Origin: Kordiimonadaceae bacterium | GTDB lineage: Bacteria > Pseudomonadota > Alphaproteobacteria > Sphingomonadales > Emcibacteraceae | NCBI GenBank assembly: GCA_018675425.1 | Contig: JABGYD010000057.1 | Span: forward strand, 34,339 to 98,338 | Direction of reading: 5' to 3' | DNA: 64,000 nt | Shown here: positions 47,514 to 58,891 of the stretch, piece after piece | How positions within the stretch are numbered: position 1 is the first letter of the stretch | How the letters are laid out: the number at the start of each line of letters is the position of its first letter | The notes under the pieces: generated by a model | Seen by the model: only the letters and a program-made list of their open reading frames with translations | Database searches by the model: none | Told to the model about the DNA's origin: nothing | Position numbers and translations under genes: made by a program

Positions 47514-48281
47514 ATGCCCAATACAATTAAGATTAGTCAGGAAGGTAGGGTGGTCCTTGTAACAATCAATCGTCCGGAAGCTCTCAATGCACTTAACGTT
47601 GAGGTGATGCAGGAGATGATTAAGGTCTTGACACCGCTTGATAAAAGTCAACATGTTGGTTGTTTTGTTATTACAGGTTCAGATAAAGCTTTCGCTGCAG
47701 GTGCTGATATTAAAGATATGATTGAAAAAGATAACATTGAGATGATTGTTGAAGATTATTTTTATCAGTGGGATGTATTTGCGAAGTTTAGAACACCAAA
47801 AATTGCTGCTGTAAGTGGCTACGCCCTCGGTGGCGGATGCGAACTTGCCATGATGTGTGACATGATTTTTGCTGCAAAATCTGCAAAATTTGGTCAACCG
47901 GAAATTAAACTTGGAGTTATTCCAGGAATGGGCGGGTCGCAACGGCTTACAAAGTTAGTTGGAAAATCTAAAGCTATGGACCTAATACTCACGGGAAGAA
48001 TGATGGATGCCACAGAAGCTGAAAGAGCAGGTCTTGCTGCTCGAGTAATAGAAGATGAAAATCTCCTTTCTGAAGCTATGGAAGCTGCGCATATCATTGC
48101 ATCTTATGGTACGGCTTCGACCATGATGGCTCGTGAAGTAGTTGACCGCGCATTAGAAACGTCACTTCAGGAAGGATTGTTATTTGAGCGTCGGATCTTT
48201 CATTCCCTTTTTGCCAGTAAAGATCAAAAAGAAGGAATGGGGGCTTTTATCGAAAAACGAAAAGCTAAATTTCACGATTAA
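47514..48281 (+). CDS. Enoyl-CoA hydratase (crotonase family)
   Basis: 255 aa with LNAL, FAAGADIKDM, GYALGGGCELAMMCD and KEGMGAFIEKR. Confidence 0.88.
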   Translation: MPNTIKISQEGRVVLVTINRPEALNALNVEVMQEMIKVLTPLDKSQHVGCFVITGSDKAFAAGADIKDMIEKDNIEMIVEDYFYQWDVFAKFRTPKIAAVSGYALGGGCELAMMCDMIFAAKSAKFGQPEIKLGVIPGMGGSQRLTKLVGKSKAMDLILTGRMMDATEAERAGLAARVIEDENLLSEAMEAAHIIASYGTASTMMAREVVDRALETSLQEGLLFERRIFHSLFASKDQKEGMGAFIEKRKAKFHD

Positions 48282-48383
48282 TAAAGTTTACGTGGTAATA
48301 GGAATCCTAAATAATTATTAAATTTACATTTATTTTTGCAATTAACTTAGAATATTAAATCAACATGATTAGGGGGAATTACA

Positions 48384-49634
48384 TTGTTAAAAGATATTAA
48401 AAATTTTTCAATTTTATGCATGTTATTGTTTGCTAATAATTCGAATGCAGGTGAACGATTTTTAAATGAAGTTCTCCAAGATAAAATCGTACTAAAAGGC
48501 CTCGAAGATATAACTAAAATGCGTCATTATGCAGCAGATATGCTAATAAATTTTGGAGGTATTATTTCACCTTCTGGTAAGGAGCACGAACGCGCAAAAG
48601 CTGTTGCTGAGGAAATGCGTAAAATTGGTTTGGTAGAAGTCCGTGTAAACGCAGCCCCAAATGTAATTGGCGTGATTAAGGGCCGCTCTGGAAAAGCGCT
48701 TATTTTTGTATCTACCTTGGATGACCTTAAAACAGTTGCCGAGAATCAGAGGGCAGCTGGTATGCCTCCTTATGTTGATGGAAACTTTGTGAGGGGACCA
48801 GGAACTAATACTTCCCTGACTACTGTTTCGTTGATTACTGCAGCGAAGGCGTTGATTGATAGTGGCTTAGTTCCTGAACATGATATTGTTTTTGCTGGTG
48901 TTTCAGAGGAAGAAACCGGCCTTCAGGGTATGAAACATTTGTATGCGGAATATAAAGAAGATGCGATTGCTTTTGTTGATGTTCTCGGCGAAGGTAACAG
49001 TATCAGTTACGGTGCGCTTGGCATTCATTGGTGGAAAATAAATGCATTTGGCCCAGCTGGACACACCCTGCGAGGTGGGCTTCCTAATATTAATCAGGCT
49101 ATCGGCCGTGCTATTGATCGGATACTCCAAATTCCCGAACCTCAAATTTATGATGATCGCCGGACCCGTTTAAATGTTGCGGTAGTATCTAGCGGGGCCG
49201 TGTTTAATCATAAGCCTGAAACTGGATGGTTTTCGTTGGATGTTCGCTCCCTTGACCAAGTTCATATAGATACAATGGAAGCTAAAGTAAGAAATATACT
49301 TAGCGAAGTAACAGACGAACTCGGCCTTAAATTTGAAATGGAAGTAGTTTCAATTACTCCGCCCGGACAAATTGAGGGCGCACTTAAAAGTTCCTTGGTT
49401 CAAACATCAAGGAAAATTTCAAATTATTTGGGTGGAAACCCTAGACTTTCGAATGCAGGTTCAGCTAATTTAAATGTTTCCATTGCTGGAGGTACGTTAT
49501 CTATTGGTATTAGTAGCGAACGAGGGGGTAGGCGAGGTTTTCCAGACGAGTGGGCTAATATTTTAACAATGATGCGTACTGCAAAGAATGTTTTTCTTAC
49601 CGCTATAACTATAGGCAATATGGAAGAACTATAA
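48384..49634 (+). CDS. Exported M20/M25/M40-family metallopeptidase
   Basis: TTG start with an AGGGGG Shine-Dalgarno sequence and a signal-like N-terminus. It has the M20 catalytic/dimerisation layout (SGKEHERA..., VSEEETGLQG). Confidence 0.65.
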   Translation: MLKDIKNFSILCMLLFANNSNAGERFLNEVLQDKIVLKGLEDITKMRHYAADMLINFGGIISPSGKEHERAKAVAEEMRKIGLVEVRVNAAPNVIGVIKGRSGKALIFVSTLDDLKTVAENQRAAGMPPYVDGNFVRGPGTNTSLTTVSLITAAKALIDSGLVPEHDIVFAGVSEEETGLQGMKHLYAEYKEDAIAFVDVLGEGNSISYGALGIHWWKINAFGPAGHTLRGGLPNINQAIGRAIDRILQIPEPQIYDDRRTRLNVAVVSSGAVFNHKPETGWFSLDVRSLDQVHIDTMEAKVRNILSEVTDELGLKFEMEVVSITPPGQIEGALKSSLVQTSRKISNYLGGNPRLSNAGSANLNVSIAGGTLSIGISSERGGRRGFPDEWANILTMMRTAKNVFLTAITIGNMEEL

Positions 49635-49709
49635 ATGAAGATTAAAACTAGTTTACGGATGTACAATATTTTATTGTATAATTTCTATTTTTAATGAGAT
49701 GTATTATTT

Positions 49710-50648
49710 ATGGATAATTTAAATAAAAACATTAATAAATTTTGTGACCAAAACCTTACGCTTGAAGGTAAGGATCGTGCACATGTTCTTTTAAAGTCTC
49801 TGGAAACACTTTGGTTCAATACTGGAACACTTTGTAACCTTGAGTGTATTAATTGCTATATTGAATCTTCACCAAAAAATGATGCGCTCGTTTACATAAG
49901 TCATGAGGAGGTTTTATCATACCTTAACGAGATAAATGAGAATGACATTATTGTTCGTGAGATTGGCCTTACTGGCGGCGAACCGTTTATGAACCCTGAT
50001 ATTTTAAAAATAATTGAAAGCGTACTTAAACGCGATTTCAAGCTTCTTATACTTACAAATGCTATGAAGCCTATGATGCGTCATAAAAAAAAATTAATTG
50101 AATTCAATAAAAATTACCCAAATCTACTTTCTCTAAGAGTTTCTACAGATCACTATACGAAGAAAATTCATCAGAAAGAACGGGGAGACGGAAGTTGGGA
50201 TCCTATGGTATTAGGTCTTTCGTGGTTATCAGATAATAATTTTAACATTCATGTGGCCGGACGCACATTTATGCTTGAGGATGAGCGTATGCTCCGTGAG
50301 GGGTATGCAGATTTGTTTGGTATTTTAAATATTAAAGTTGATGCAAAGGATCCCTGTTCTCTATTATTATTTCCTGAAATGGATGTGAAAGAAGACGTTG
50401 CTGAAATTACTACTGAGTGCTGGGGAATACTAAATGTAAATCCCGATGATATGATGTGTGCCACCTCACGGATGATTGTAAAACATAAGGATGCAAAGCA
50501 CCCAGTGATCATGGCATGTACGCTATTAGCCTTCGACCAACAGTTTAATATGGGGACAAACCTAAGTACATCTAAGCGTAAAGTTTATTTAAATCACCCG
50601 TTTTGTTCAACTTTTTGTGTACTTGGTGGGGCATCCTGTAGTAATTAG
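49710..50648 (+). CDS. Radical SAM enzyme with a Cys-rich C-terminal domain (ArsS / TIGR04167-like)
   Basis: CNLECINCY (CxxxCxxC) preceded by LWFNTG, then LTGGEPFMNP. The C-terminal region MMCATSR...ACTLLAFDQQFN...HPFCSTFCVLGGASCSN resembles the DUF3641-type Cys-rich domain. Confidence 0.6.
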   Translation: MDNLNKNINKFCDQNLTLEGKDRAHVLLKSLETLWFNTGTLCNLECINCYIESSPKNDALVYISHEEVLSYLNEINENDIIVREIGLTGGEPFMNPDILKIIESVLKRDFKLLILTNAMKPMMRHKKKLIEFNKNYPNLLSLRVSTDHYTKKIHQKERGDGSWDPMVLGLSWLSDNNFNIHVAGRTFMLEDERMLREGYADLFGILNIKVDAKDPCSLLLFPEMDVKEDVAEITTECWGILNVNPDDMMCATSRMIVKHKDAKHPVIMACTLLAFDQQFNMGTNLSTSKRKVYLNHPFCSTFCVLGGASCSN

Positions 50649-50718
50649 CTTTCTTTGGTAGAAAAAAAATTGTTTTTGTATCATACTTGGAAATCTAAAT
50701 AGTACAGAAGAGTAGTCA

Positions 50719-51933
50719 ATGAAACGAGATACTGGACAGAATAGAAATATTACGGATAAATGGAAACTGGAGACTAAGCTTGTTCGCGGGGGAACTTATA
50801 GAAGTGAACTCGGGGAAACAAGCGAGAGCATATTTATGACATCTGGTTATGCTTATGAATGCGCCGAAGATGCAGCAGCACGTTTTGAGGGTGACCAAGA
50901 AGGCTATACCTATTCCCGACTGCGAAACCCAACCTGTGCTATGTTCGAAGATAGAATGGCACTTGTTGAGGGCGCAGAGGCCGCGCGTTCAACTTCCACC
51001 GGTATGTCTGCTATGACTTCTGCTATGCTTGCAATTGTTAAAGCGGATGATCATGTTGTCTCTAGCAAAACTTTATTTGGTTCATGTAGGGTCTTTATCG
51101 AGGATATCCTTCCTAAATTTGGTGTTACTTCAACTTTGGTAAATGGATATGATAATGAAGCCTGGAAGGAAGCGATGCAGCCGAATACGTCCGTTGTATT
51201 TCTCGAATCTCCAGCTAATCCCACCCTGGATATAGTTGACATTAAATATGTTTGTGATGTTGCTCACGAGAATGGAGCTTTGGTGGTGGTTGATAATGTA
51301 TTTGCTACTCCGCTACTGCAAAAACCGATTGAATATGGCGCTGATGTAGTTATGTATTCGTCTACAAAACATATTGATGGGCAAGGGCGCTGTCTAGGAG
51401 GTTGTATCCTCACTTCTAATAAAATTATGGATGAGATTATTTCTCCTTATATTAGACACACGGGCCCTAACCTTAGTCCATTTAATGCTTGGGTTATGCT
51501 AAAAAGTATGGAAACGATGGATCTTCGTATTGACAGGATGTGCTTGAATGCCGCTAAAGTTGCTGACGGTCTTTATGATTTGGGAGTTTTTGAATCCGTT
51601 AATTATCCGTTTAGAGCTGATTTTAGACAACATGAACTTGCTGTGAAGCAGATGACTGCTGGTGGCTCCGTGATAACAGTTTTTGTGCCTGAAGGCAGGG
51701 AGCAGGCATTCAAATTTTTAAATGCATTGGAAATTACCGATATTTCAAATAATATAGGCGATGCTAAAAGTCTTATGACGCACCCAGCCAGCACGACCCA
51801 TAAGGCAGTTAAGGAAAGTGCAAGGCTTGAAATGGGTATTACTGAAGGCATGTTGAGATTATCTGTTGGACTTGAGAATACAGATGATTTGATGGATGAC
51901 TTTGCAAGGGCTGCTAAAATAGCAGGTATTTAA
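50719..51933 (+). CDS. metZ: O-succinylhomoserine sulfhydrylase
   Basis: TKLVRGG..S..GETSE.IF.TSGY, YSRL.NPT and the PLP lysine in YSSTKHIDGQG. It shows metZ-apaG synteny. Confidence 0.85.
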   Translation: MKRDTGQNRNITDKWKLETKLVRGGTYRSELGETSESIFMTSGYAYECAEDAAARFEGDQEGYTYSRLRNPTCAMFEDRMALVEGAEAARSTSTGMSAMTSAMLAIVKADDHVVSSKTLFGSCRVFIEDILPKFGVTSTLVNGYDNEAWKEAMQPNTSVVFLESPANPTLDIVDIKYVCDVAHENGALVVVDNVFATPLLQKPIEYGADVVMYSSTKHIDGQGRCLGGCILTSNKIMDEIISPYIRHTGPNLSPFNAWVMLKSMETMDLRIDRMCLNAAKVADGLYDLGVFESVNYPFRADFRQHELAVKQMTAGGSVITVFVPEGREQAFKFLNALEITDISNNIGDAKSLMTHPASTTHKAVKESARLEMGITEGMLRLSVGLENTDDLMDDFARAAKIAGI

Positions 51934-51945
51934 GTGAGTAAAATT

Positions 51946-52353
51946 ATGAGTGATAATAAAATATATAAAACAACTACTAAAGATATAGGTGTCTCGGTTG
52001 AACCATTTTATCTTGATAAGGAAAGTGTGCCTGATGAAAATCATTATGTCTGGGGCTATCAGGTACAAATAGAAAACTATGGAAATAAAACAGTCCAACT
52101 TCAACGCCGTCATTGGATAATCACTGATGGTAACGGTCAAAAACATGAGGTTGAAGGTGAGGGTGTTGTGGGGGAACAGCCAATCCTCGAACCTGGTGAG
52201 GCTTATGAGTACACAAGTGGTGCCCCACTTTGTACATCTTCTGGTTTTATGGTTGGAAGTTATAAAATGCAAGTGACAGATGGTATTCAATTTGATGTTG
52301 AGATACCCGCATTTTCATTAGATGTTCCTACAGCTAACAGGCAGGTACATTGA
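51946..52353 (+). CDS. apaG: ApaG (DUF525) protein
   Basis: [31 protein letters not shown]...[11 protein letters not shown]. The ATG at 51946 is preferred. The ORF-track GTG at 51934 abuts the metZ stop. Confidence 0.85.
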   Translation: MSDNKIYKTTTKDIGVSVEPFYLDKESVPDENHYVWGYQVQIENYGNKTVQLQRRHWIITDGNGQKHEVEGEGVVGEQPILEPGEAYEYTSGAPLCTSSGFMVGSYKMQVTDGIQFDVEIPAFSLDVPTANRQVH

Positions 52354-52946
52354 TGGTTAAAATAAAACCAAGTCGTAATGATGCCGAAAATGCTATCAGA
52401 ACACTACTGGAATACGCAGGCGAAGATCCAACACGAGAGGGACTTCTTGAAACCCCAAAGAGGGTCGTAAAGTCTTACGAAGAGTTTTATAAAGGGTACT
52501 CCCAGGACCCACGAAAATATTTATCGCGCACTTTTGAAGAGGTGAATGGCTATGATGAAATGGTTGTACTTAGAGATATTCCCTTTGAAAGCCATTGCGA
52601 ACATCATATGGCTCCAATTATAGGAAAAGTACATATTGGTTATTTACCACGAAACAAAGTGGTTGGTATTAGTAAGTTAGCTAGGGTTGTGGAGACCTAT
52701 GCAAAAAGGCTTCAAGTTCAGGAGAAAATGACTGCGCAAATCGCGGACTGCATTCAAGATATCCTGGAACCTTATGGGGTCGGGGTGGTGGTTCAGGCTA
52801 CTCATGAATGCATGAGCACCCGTGGTGTTCATAAACATGGTGTTTCAATGGTCACAAGCCGAATGGCTGGCGTATTTCGAGAAGATGAAAAAACTCGCCG
52901 GGAATTTCTTGCTGTGGTGGGACCTATTAATTCTTTAGGAATATAA
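52350..52946 (+). CDS. folE: GTP cyclohydrolase I
   Basis: [23 protein letters not shown] and RLQVQEKMT blocks. Confidence 0.92.
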   Translation: MMVKIKPSRNDAENAIRTLLEYAGEDPTREGLLETPKRVVKSYEEFYKGYSQDPRKYLSRTFEEVNGYDEMVVLRDIPFESHCEHHMAPIIGKVHIGYLPRNKVVGISKLARVVETYAKRLQVQEKMTAQIADCIQDILEPYGVGVVVQATHECMSTRGVHKHGVSMVTSRMAGVFREDEKTRREFLAVVGPINSLGI

Positions 52947-52968
52947 ATATGAAGAAGGGGCGAAGAAC

Positions 52969-54417
52969 TTGATAGATTTTCGTCCGATCTGGATGATTTC
53001 GGGTATATTTCTACTCGTAATTGGTTTTGGTATGTTGCTGCCAATGGCTGTCGATCTTGCTGTTGGTAATTCGGATTGGCAAGTTTTTGCTCTTATCTCG
53101 GGTATTGTTGTGTTTTTTGGAAGTATTCTGTTTCTTAGTAACCGGGGCGAATATAATGAAATGACTATTCAGCAGGCTTTTTTACTCACTTTTATTTCCT
53201 GGCTTTTGATGCCAGCGTTTGGAGCGCTCCCTTTCGTTTTTTCTGAATTATCTTTAAGCTATACAGATGCCTATTTTGAGGCAATGTCCGGTATATCAAC
53301 TACAGGATCAACGGTAATTACCGGCTTGGATAAAGCACCTCCAGGTATTCTTCTCTGGAGAAGTTTGTTGCAGTGGTTTGGTGGTGTTGGCATTATTGTA
53401 ATGGCGGTGGCTATCCTTCCTATCCTGAAAATTGGAGGAATGCAGTTATTTAAAGTAGAAAGCTTTAATGTTTCCGACAAAATGCTTCCTCGGGCGACAC
53501 AGCTTGCGACAGCACTTTCACTCATATATGTTGGTTTAACAATTATTTGTGCTGTAACTTTCTGGCTTGCTGGCATGACAGCATTTGAAGCAGTTTGTCA
53601 TTCATTCACTACCATAGCTACTGGTGGATTTTCCACTTCTGATGGTTCTGTTGGTTATTTTGATAGCGCCCTAATTGACTATACGGTGGCCTTTTTTATG
53701 ATTGTTGGAAGTCTACCATTTCTTCTTTACTTGCGAGCTCTTCGTGGAAAAAATAATGTATTTTACCATGATAGCCAGGTTCGATGGTTTTTAACTCTAA
53801 TTATTATACTTATAAGTCTCATGACCATTTGGGTTTGGACTAATAATATCTATAATTTTGAAGAATCTCTTCGGTATACTACTTTTAATATAGTTTCTAT
53901 TCTAACTGGAACGGGTTATGCGACGGCTGACTATACGAGTTGGGGAACAATGCCAATTATGCTATTCTTTTTTATTATGTTTATAGGTGGCTGTGCAGGA
54001 TCTACATCATGTGGCATCAAAATATTTCGTTTTCAAGTTTTAGTTTCTATGTGTGCTGCCCACTTTAAAAAACTTCTTCGTCCCAATAGTATATTTATAC
54101 CCCGATATAATGGTGGACCAATTGATGAAAGCATCACAAGTTCGGTACTGTCGTATTTATTTCTTTTTGTGGTTTGCTACGTAATTTTGGCATTTTGTCT
54201 AGTTCTTACGGGGCTTGACTTTGTAACGGCTTTTTCAGGCGCAGGAAGCGCTATGGCAAATGTTGGGCCGGCGCTCGGACCTATTATTGGTCCTTCGGGG
54301 ACTTTTCAGGAACTTCCCGATGTTGCCAAATGGCTTCTTACTTTTGGTATGCTTCTTGGTCGTCTTGAACTATTTGCCGTTTTAGTTCTTCTCTCTCCAA
54401 AATTTTGGACAAATTAA
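52969..54417 (+). CDS. trkH: Trk-type potassium uptake protein TrkH
   Basis: 482 aa polytopic protein with a TTG start. It has repeated selectivity-filter-like segments (TTGSTV, ATGGFST, TGTGYAT, GSAMANVGP). Confidence 0.85.
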   Translation: MIDFRPIWMISGIFLLVIGFGMLLPMAVDLAVGNSDWQVFALISGIVVFFGSILFLSNRGEYNEMTIQQAFLLTFISWLLMPAFGALPFVFSELSLSYTDAYFEAMSGISTTGSTVITGLDKAPPGILLWRSLLQWFGGVGIIVMAVAILPILKIGGMQLFKVESFNVSDKMLPRATQLATALSLIYVGLTIICAVTFWLAGMTAFEAVCHSFTTIATGGFSTSDGSVGYFDSALIDYTVAFFMIVGSLPFLLYLRALRGKNNVFYHDSQVRWFLTLIIILISLMTIWVWTNNIYNFEESLRYTTFNIVSILTGTGYATADYTSWGTMPIMLFFFIMFIGGCAGSTSCGIKIFRFQVLVSMCAAHFKKLLRPNSIFIPRYNGGPIDESITSSVLSYLFLFVVCYVILAFCLVLTGLDFVTAFSGAGSAMANVGPALGPIIGPSGTFQELPDVAKWLLTFGMLLGRLELFAVLVLLSPKFWTN

Positions 54418-54559
54418 TTAGCCTGATCAAATATATTATATATTTATTTAAATTAGTATCTGGTCATATCCAAGTTTTTTCTAATGGAATTAATAATGTT
54501 ACTTGATTTGAAATTGTATATTAGTTAACACTTTTGATAGAAAATTTAGGGTTATTAAA

Positions 54560-55726
54560 ATGAATAAAATGTCGTCGCAAGAAATTCTCTATAAATTGAT
54601 TGCATTTGATACTGTCAGCTCAAATTCAAATATGGAAATGATTCAATTTATTCTGGATTACCTAGAAAAATTTGGTGTTTCAGCAAGACTAGTAAGAGAC
54701 TTACATGAAGATAAGGCTAACCTTTTTGCCGTTATAGGTCCTAAAAATATTCCCGGCATTATGTTGTCTGGCCATACTGATGTGGTGCCTGTTGAAGGAC
54801 AAAAATGGTCATCAGGACCTTTTGAAATGACTGAAAGAAATGGTCGTCTTTATGGTCGTGGAAGTTGTGATATGAAGGGGTTCATTGCCTGTGTACTTGC
54901 TAAAGTTCCTGAATTTGTAGCTGTGGATTTAAAGGAGCCAATCTATCTTGCTTTTTCTTATGATGAAGAAACTGGCTGCACAGGTGTTGATAGTTTAGTT
55001 GATGTAGTTAATGAACTTAGCGTAAAGCCCCGCGCTTGTATTGTAGGTGAACCTACATCAATGAAGGTGGTTAATAGCCACAAAGGTATCCGACACTTGC
55101 TAACTAAAGTATATGGTCATGAAAATCACTCTAGTACTGATCGCGGACTTAATGCGATAAGCTATGCTGCTGAAATTGTTACCTTTATAGATGATATTCA
55201 AGATGAAATGAGATTGCGTCCTTCAGATGTGGATGGATTTGACCCGCCTTATTGCACAGTTCATGCAGGCAGAATAAATGGTGGTGTTGCAGCGAATGTG
55301 ACACCAAATTACTGTGAGATAGAATGGGATTATCGGCCAATACCAGGGACGGATGAAGATGAAGTTTATAACCGCTATTGTGAGTTTATTAAAAACACTA
55401 TCCTGCCAAAAATGCGTAAAAAATCTTCTGAATATGGCGAAATAAAAACGGAAATTCTTTCTAAAGTACCATGTTTATTTCCTGAAACGGGGTCTGATGC
55501 TGAAACTCTTGTTAAGCATCTTGCCGAACAAAATTCAACTCATGTAGTATCTTACGGTACAGAAGCTGGTATTTTTTATCAAAAAGGTGGAGTTCCCTCA
55601 ATTGTTTGTGGCCCTGGAAGTATTTTGCAAGCACATATGGCTGATGAATATATAGATATATCAGAGCTTAAAGCCTGCGATCGTTTTTTAGACCGTCTTC
55701 TGGATATCGTAAAAAACAGTGATTAA
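54560..55726 (+). CDS. argE: Acetylornithine deacetylase (M20 family)
   Basis: 388 aa with LIAFDTVS, SGHTDVVP, GRGSCDMKG and SYDEETG. Confidence 0.8.
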   Translation: MNKMSSQEILYKLIAFDTVSSNSNMEMIQFILDYLEKFGVSARLVRDLHEDKANLFAVIGPKNIPGIMLSGHTDVVPVEGQKWSSGPFEMTERNGRLYGRGSCDMKGFIACVLAKVPEFVAVDLKEPIYLAFSYDEETGCTGVDSLVDVVNELSVKPRACIVGEPTSMKVVNSHKGIRHLLTKVYGHENHSSTDRGLNAISYAAEIVTFIDDIQDEMRLRPSDVDGFDPPYCTVHAGRINGGVAANVTPNYCEIEWDYRPIPGTDEDEVYNRYCEFIKNTILPKMRKKSSEYGEIKTEILSKVPCLFPETGSDAETLVKHLAEQNSTHVVSYGTEAGIFYQKGGVPSIVCGPGSILQAHMADEYIDISELKACDRFLDRLLDIVKNSD

Positions 55727-55801
55727 ATAATTTTTTTATTCACAAATTAGTTTTTTATAGCTAAAAGAAGATAATGTTCAAATTAATGGCAAACAATAAT
55801 T

Positions 55802-55918
55802 ATGTCTAATTATGGTAAAAATAATTTTCTAAAAATCGTTTTGGATAAAAAATCCGATGCGCTTACTTTGCCTTTCCTATTCTTCATTCTGTATCTGGGG
55901 CGACTTAGTCGCCCCTGA
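55802..55918 (+). promoter_or_regulatory. Candidate leuA leader peptide ORF (38 codons, 8 Leu)
   Basis: MSNYGKNNFLKIVLDKKSDALTLPFLFFILYLGRLSRP*. Its last codons and stop lie inside a perfect 8-bp hairpin GGGGCGAC-tta-GTCGCCCC (55897-55915). Confidence 0.35.
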
Positions 55919-55950
55919 ACGCTTTTCCATATAAAGCTGACTATCAGCGA

Positions 55951-55989
55951 GCGTTTAGGGGAGAAAACCCTACAGCGCATATTTTTTTT
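55951..55989 (+). terminator. Candidate attenuator terminator upstream of leuA
   Basis: GCG-tt-TAGGG-gagaaaa-CCCTA-cag-CGC followed by atATTTTTTTT, about 70 nt upstream of the leuA ATG. Confidence 0.45.
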
Positions 55990-56060
55990 AAATGAAAAAT
56001 ATATTTTTATTTTGAGAAATATGATAAAATATTTTTAAAGAATATAAAGGACTTAAGCTG

Positions 56061-57599
56061 ATGAATAGAGATAAAAATAGAGTAATTATCTTTGATACCA
56101 CATTAAGAGACGGAGAGCAGTCACCGGGTTGCTCTATGACGTTAAACGAAAAATTGAGGATCGCAGAAGCACTTGAAAAATTGGGTGTAGATGTAATTGA
56201 AGCAGGTTTTGCTATCGCCTCAAACGGTGATTTTAACGCAGTTCAGCAAATTTCCACTCTAATGAAGGAAACGATAGTTTGCTCTCTTGCGCGAGCTTCT
56301 ATTAAGGATATTGATAGGGCGTGGGAAGCACTTAAAGGAGCCCGCCGGCCGCGAATTCATACATTTATTTCAACAAGCGCACTGCATATGAAACATAAAC
56401 TTCAAATGTCACCAGAAATGGTTCTCGGGAAGATAGAGGAAAGTGTTTCTTACGCACGCAACCTTTGTGACGATGTGGAGTGGTCATGTGAGGATGGTAC
56501 ACGAACTGATGAAGATTATTTATATCGTTCTATCGAAATAGCAATTAAATCAGGAGCAACTACCATTAATGTACCGGACACAGTTGGTTATACGACACCG
56601 GAAGAATACACGCGAATGATGCGTAAAATTATTGAACATGTTCCGAATTCAGATAAGGCAATTTTTTCTACTCACTGTCATAACGATTTAGGGCTTGCTG
56701 TTGCTAATTCTATCGCTGCAGTGGCAGGAGGGGCGCGCCAAATAGAGTGTACAATTAACGGAATTGGGGAGCGTGCAGGTAATGCTGCTCTTGAGGAAGT
56801 GGTTATGGCCTTTAGAACTCGTCAGGATGTTCTTCCTTACACCACAGGTATTATTACTGAAAATATTACTAAGACATCCCACTTGGTATCATCTGTTACT
56901 GGTCTTAATGTTCAACATAATAAGGCAATTGTGGGTGCTAACGCTTTTGCCCATGAAAGTGGTATTCATCAAGACGGCATGCTTAAGAATGCTGAGACTT
57001 ATGAAATTATGACACCTGCATCAGTTGGTCTTGGTAAATCTACTCTTGTTATGGGCAAACATTCTGGTCGCCACGCGTTTAGTGAAAAACTAAAAGAACT
57101 TGGCTATGTTTTAGGAAATAATGAATTTCTAAGTGCATTTGAGCAATTTAAAGATTTAGCTGATGCCAAAAAAGTGATTTATGATGAAGACATTATTTCT
57201 ATTGTTGATGATGGTATGCGTGACAATGAAGGAATGCAGATTATATCTTGGAAGTTTGTTTGCGACAAAGGTATTCCAAACAGCGCTACTTTTGAAATTG
57301 TTGACGGTGGGGATGTTAAGGAAGTGCATAGTGAAGGGAATGGTCCAGTTGATGCAGCTTTTTTAGCTCTTGCTTCACTAATCGACGGTGAGCATGACCT
57401 TGAACTTTATCAGGTACATGCAGTTACAAAAGGTACTGATGCTCAAGCTGAAGTAACGGTGCGTCTTTCGGAGAATGGCAAGACTGTGAATGGTCATGCT
57501 GCACATACTGACACCTTGGTGGCATCGGCAAAAGCTTACCTTAGCGCTATTAATAAAATCTTCGTTAAAAGAGAGAAAAAAAAGCCCCAAGAAATGTAG
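56061..57599 (+). CDS. leuA: 2-isopropylmalate synthase
   Basis: [14 protein letters not shown] and [13 protein letters not shown], plus a C-terminal LeuA dimerisation/regulatory domain. Confidence 0.93.
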   Translation: MNRDKNRVIIFDTTLRDGEQSPGCSMTLNEKLRIAEALEKLGVDVIEAGFAIASNGDFNAVQQISTLMKETIVCSLARASIKDIDRAWEALKGARRPRIHTFISTSALHMKHKLQMSPEMVLGKIEESVSYARNLCDDVEWSCEDGTRTDEDYLYRSIEIAIKSGATTINVPDTVGYTTPEEYTRMMRKIIEHVPNSDKAIFSTHCHNDLGLAVANSIAAVAGGARQIECTINGIGERAGNAALEEVVMAFRTRQDVLPYTTGIITENITKTSHLVSSVTGLNVQHNKAIVGANAFAHESGIHQDGMLKNAETYEIMTPASVGLGKSTLVMGKHSGRHAFSEKLKELGYVLGNNEFLSAFEQFKDLADAKKVIYDEDIISIVDDGMRDNEGMQIISWKFVCDKGIPNSATFEIVDGGDVKEVHSEGNGPVDAAFLALASLIDGEHDLELYQVHAVTKGTDAQAEVTVRLSENGKTVNGHAAHTDTLVASAKAYLSAINKIFVKREKKKPQEM

Positions 57600-57816
57600 G
57601 GTTTATGTTCTGTTTTTCCTAGGAAGCTAGCTATTATTGGCTAAGTGTTCTATTATTATTAATTCTTAAGTTAATAAATTTTATATATTGTTTTTATTTA
57701 TTAAAATTAGATTAATTAATTGCATTCATAATAGTTTATTAATACAAATAAAGTATAAGCTTTAGAAATAATTAAATAACTTTAATCCCTTATAATTGGG
57801 CAAAGGCGAAGTTTGA

Positions 57817-58854
<1,038 letters not shown>

Positions 58855-58891
58855 ATTATTACGAAAATTGATGTTTTAAGGAGAGGCTGTT

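Noticed and set aside
51859-52290. A 143-aa minus-strand ORF.
   Set aside because: It is antisense to the metZ end and apaG, its sequence is low-complexity and hydrophobic, and there is no independent support.
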